Below, piece after piece: positions 60,601 to 64,000 of a stretch of DNA of 64,000 nucleotides; position 1 is the first letter of the stretch, and the number at the start of each line of letters is the position of its first letter. The position numbers and the translations under genes are program-made. The stretch is from contig BROI01000033.1 in assembly GCA_027923505.1 (NCBI GenBank), positions 124,001 through 188,000 of the forward strand. Reading direction: 5' to 3'. The notes under the pieces were generated by a model. That model was not told where the DNA came from. It did not search any database and worked only from the letters and a program-made list of their open reading frames with translations. The stretch comes from Mayamaea pseudoterrestris (taxonomy: Eukaryota).

Positions 60601-63600
60601 GGGCATGGGGCATTGTAGTGGTATGATTCCATAATTTGGGGTGTTGGCCACACCCATCTTGTAGACCATTCCATGCTGTAGGCCTCCAGGCAGTCCGTTT
60701 TGTACCATGTCAGACCATCCTCATGTCAATGGCACACCCTGGACATGTTTTGCATGACTCATTGGGTTGTTGGGTGATCAGGGGACGGGGCATTGTAGTG
60801 GTATGATTCCATAATTTGCGGTGTTGGCCACACCCATTTTGCAGATGGTGTAGGCCTCCAGGCAGTCCGTTTTGCACCATTTCAGCCCATCCTCATGTCA
60901 ATGGCACACCCTGGACATGTTTTGCCTGACTCATTGGGTTGTTGGGTGGCCAGGGCATGGGGCATTGTAGTGGTATGATTCCATAATTTGGGGTGTTGGC
61001 CACACCCATCTTGTAGACCATTCCATGCTGTAGGCCTCCAGGCAGTCCGTTTTGTACCATGTCAGACCATCCTCATGTCAATGGCACACCCTGGACATGT
61101 TTTGCATGACTCATTGGGTTGTTGGGTGATCAGGGGACGGGGCATTGTAGTGGTATGATTCCATAATTTGCGGTGTTGGCCACACCCATTTTGCAGATGG
61201 TGTAGGCCTCCAGGCAGTCCGTTTTGCACCATTTCAGCCCATCCTCATGTCAATGGCACACCCTGGACATGTTTTGCCTGACTCATTGGGTTGTTGGGTG
61301 GCCAGGGCATGGGGCATTGTAGTGGTATGATTCCATAATTTGGGGTGTTGGCCACACCCATCTTGTAGACCATTCCATGCTGTAGGCCTCCAGGCAGTCC
61401 GTTTTGTACCATGTCAGACCATCCTCATGTCAATGGCACACCCTGGACATGTTTTGCATGACTCATTGGGTTGTTGGGTGATCAGGGGACGGGGCATTGT
61501 AGTGGTATGATTCCATAATTTGCGGTGTTGGCCACACCCATTTTGCAGATGGTGTAGGCCTCCAGGCAGTCCGTTTTGCACCATTTCAGCCCATCCTCAT
61601 GTCAATGGCACACCCTGGACATGTTTTGCCTGACTCATTGGGTTGTTGGGTGGCCAGGGCATGGGGCATTGTAGTGGTATGATTCCATAATTTGGGGTGT
61701 TGGCCACACCCATCTTGTAGACCATTCCATGCTGTAGGCCTCCAGGCAGTCCGTTTTGTACCATGTCAGACCATCCTCATGTCAATGGCACACCCTGGAC
61801 ATGTTTTGCATGACTCATTGGGTTGTTGGGTGATCAGGGGACGGGGCATTGTAGTGGTATGATTCCATAATTTGCGGTGTTGGCCACACCCATTTTGCAG
61901 ATGGTGTAGGCCTCCAGGCAATCCGTTTTGCACCATTTCAGCCCATCCTCATGTCAATGGCACACCCTGGACATGTTTTGCCTGACTCATTGGGTTGTTG
62001 GGTGGCCAGGGCATGGGGCATTGTAGTGGTATGATTCCATAATTTGGGGTGTTGGCCACACCCATCTTGTAGACCATTCCATGCTGTAGGCCTCCAGGCA
62101 GTCCGTTTTGTACCATGTCAGACCATCCTCATGTCAATGGCACACCCTGGACATGTTTTGCATGACTCATTGGGTTGTTGGGTGATCAGGGGACGGGGCA
62201 TTGTAGTGGTATGATTCCATAATTTGCGGTGTTGGCCACACCCATTTTGCAGATGGTGTAGGCCTCCAGGCAGTCCGTTTTGCACCATTTCAGCCCATCC
62301 TCATGTCAATGGCACACCCTGGACATGTTTTGCCTGACTCATTGGGTTGTTGGGTGGCCAGGGCATGGGGCATTGTAGTGGTATGATTCCATAATTTGGG
62401 GTGTTGGCCACACCCATCTTGTAGACCATTCCATGCTGTAGGCCTCCAGGCAGTCCGTTTTGTACCATGTCAGACCATCCTCATGTCAATGGCACACCCT
62501 GGACATGTTTTGCATGACTCATTGGGTTGTTGGGTGATCAGGGGACGGGGCATTGTAGTGGTATGATTCCATAATTTGCGGTGTTGGCCACACCCATTTT
62601 GCAGATGGTGTAGGCCTCCAGGCAGTCCGTTTTGCACCATTTCAGCCCATCCTCATGTCAATGGCACACCCTGGACATGTTTTGCCTGACTCATTGGGTT
62701 GTTGGGTGGCCAGGGCATGGGGCATTGTAGTGGTATGATTCCATAATTTGGGGTGTTGGCCACACCCATCTTGTAGACCATTCCATGCTGTAGGCCTCCA
62801 GGCAGTCCGTTTTGTACCATGTCAGACCATCCTCATGTCAATGGCACACCCTGGACATGTTTTGCATGACTCATTGGGTTGTTGGGTGATCAGGGGACGG
62901 GGCATTGTAGTGGTATGATTCCATAATTTGCGGTGTTGGCCACACCCATTTTGCAGATGGTGTAGGCCTCCAGGCAGTCCGTTTTGCACCATTTCAGCCC
63001 ATCCTCATGTCAATGGCACACCCTGGACATGTTTTGCCTGACTCATTGGGTTGTTGGGTGGCCAGGGCATGGGGCATTGTAGTGGTATGATTCCATAATT
63101 TGGGGTGTTGGCCACACCCATCTTGTAGACCATTCCATGCTGTAGGCCTCCAGGCAGTCCGTTTTGTACCATGTCAGACCATCCTCATGTCAATGGCACA
63201 CCCTGGACATGTTTTGCATGACTCATTGGGTTGTTGGGTGATCAGGGGACGGGGCATTGTAGTGGTATGATTCCATAATTTGCGGTGTTGGCCACACCCA
63301 TTTTGCAGATGGTGTAGGCCTCCAGGCAGTCCGTTTTGCACCATTTCAGCCCATCCTCATGTCAATGGCACACCCTGGACATGTTTTGCCTGACTCATTG
63401 GGTTGTTGGGTGGCCAGGGCATGGGGCATTGTAGTGGTATGATTCCATAATTTGGGGTGTTGGCCACACCCATCTTGTAGACCATTCCATGCTGTAGGCC
63501 TCCAGGCAGTCCGTTTTGTACCATGTCAGACCATCCTCATGTCAATGGCACACCCTGGACATGTTTTGCATGACTCATTGGGTTGTTGGGTGATCAGGGG

Positions 63601-64000
63601 ACGGGGCATTGTAGTGGTATGATTCCATAATTTGCGGTGTTGGCCACACCCATTTTGCAGATGGTGTAGGCCTCCAGGCAGTCCGTTTTGCACCATTTCA
63701 GCCCATCCTCATGTCAATGGCACACCCTGGACATGTTTTGCCTGACTCATTGGGTTGTTGGGTGGCCAGGGCATGGGGCATTGTAGTGGTATGATTCCAT
63801 AATTTGGGGTGTTGGCCACACCCATCTTGTAGACCATTCCATGCTGTAGGCCTCCAGGCAGTCCGTTTTGTACCATGTCAGACCATCCTCATGTCAATGG
63901 CACACCCTGGACATGTTTTGCATGACTCATTGGGTTGTTGGGTGATCAGGGGACGGGGCATTGTAGTGGTATGATTCCATAATTTGCGGTGTTGGCCACA
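51671..64000 (+). repeat. Satellite array with a 352-bp dimeric higher-order unit (180-bp plus 172-bp monomers), about 35 dimers, continuing beyond the window
   Basis: Equivalent positions 59821, 60001, 60173 and 60525; the monomers differ by an 8-nt indel (ACCATTCC) and fixed substitutions; nearly invariant after ~59.4 kb. Confidence 0.98.

Overview
Eukaryotic, repeat-rich nuclear DNA; the 18S sequence points to a diatom, probably a raphid pennate (by recognition, not a database search). Left to right: (1) a short hypothetical ORF; (2) a degenerate 169-bp satellite (minus orientation) interrupted by a frameshifted, 3'-truncated Ty1/copia (CoDi-type) element, family A; (3) a family-B CoDi-type element with a 5-bp TSD (TGCCT) and a 6250-bp internal tandem duplication; (4) a decayed DIRS/Ngaro-like tyrosine-recombinase retroelement; (5) one complete 18S-5.8S-28S rDNA unit on the minus strand; (6) about 4 kb of unassigned spacer; (7) a 6.5-kb array of the 169-bp satellite carrying a perfect 19-bp dyad; (8) a rearranged family-B element without TSD; (9) a layered transition into a homogeneous 352-bp (180+172) dimeric satellite that runs off the window end. 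Main observations: both copia families have a primer-binding site matching the anticodon arm of tRNA-Asn(GUU) up to position 40/41, suggesting half-tRNA priming with a non-Met tRNA. Both carry a chromodomain-like module after integrase and have inserted into the satellite. The satellites are nucleosome-sized with conserved dyad or G-quadruplex motifs, suggesting a heterochromatic, possibly centromeric or subtelomeric, domain. The clustered indels and near-exact duplications may partly be long-read assembly artefacts.
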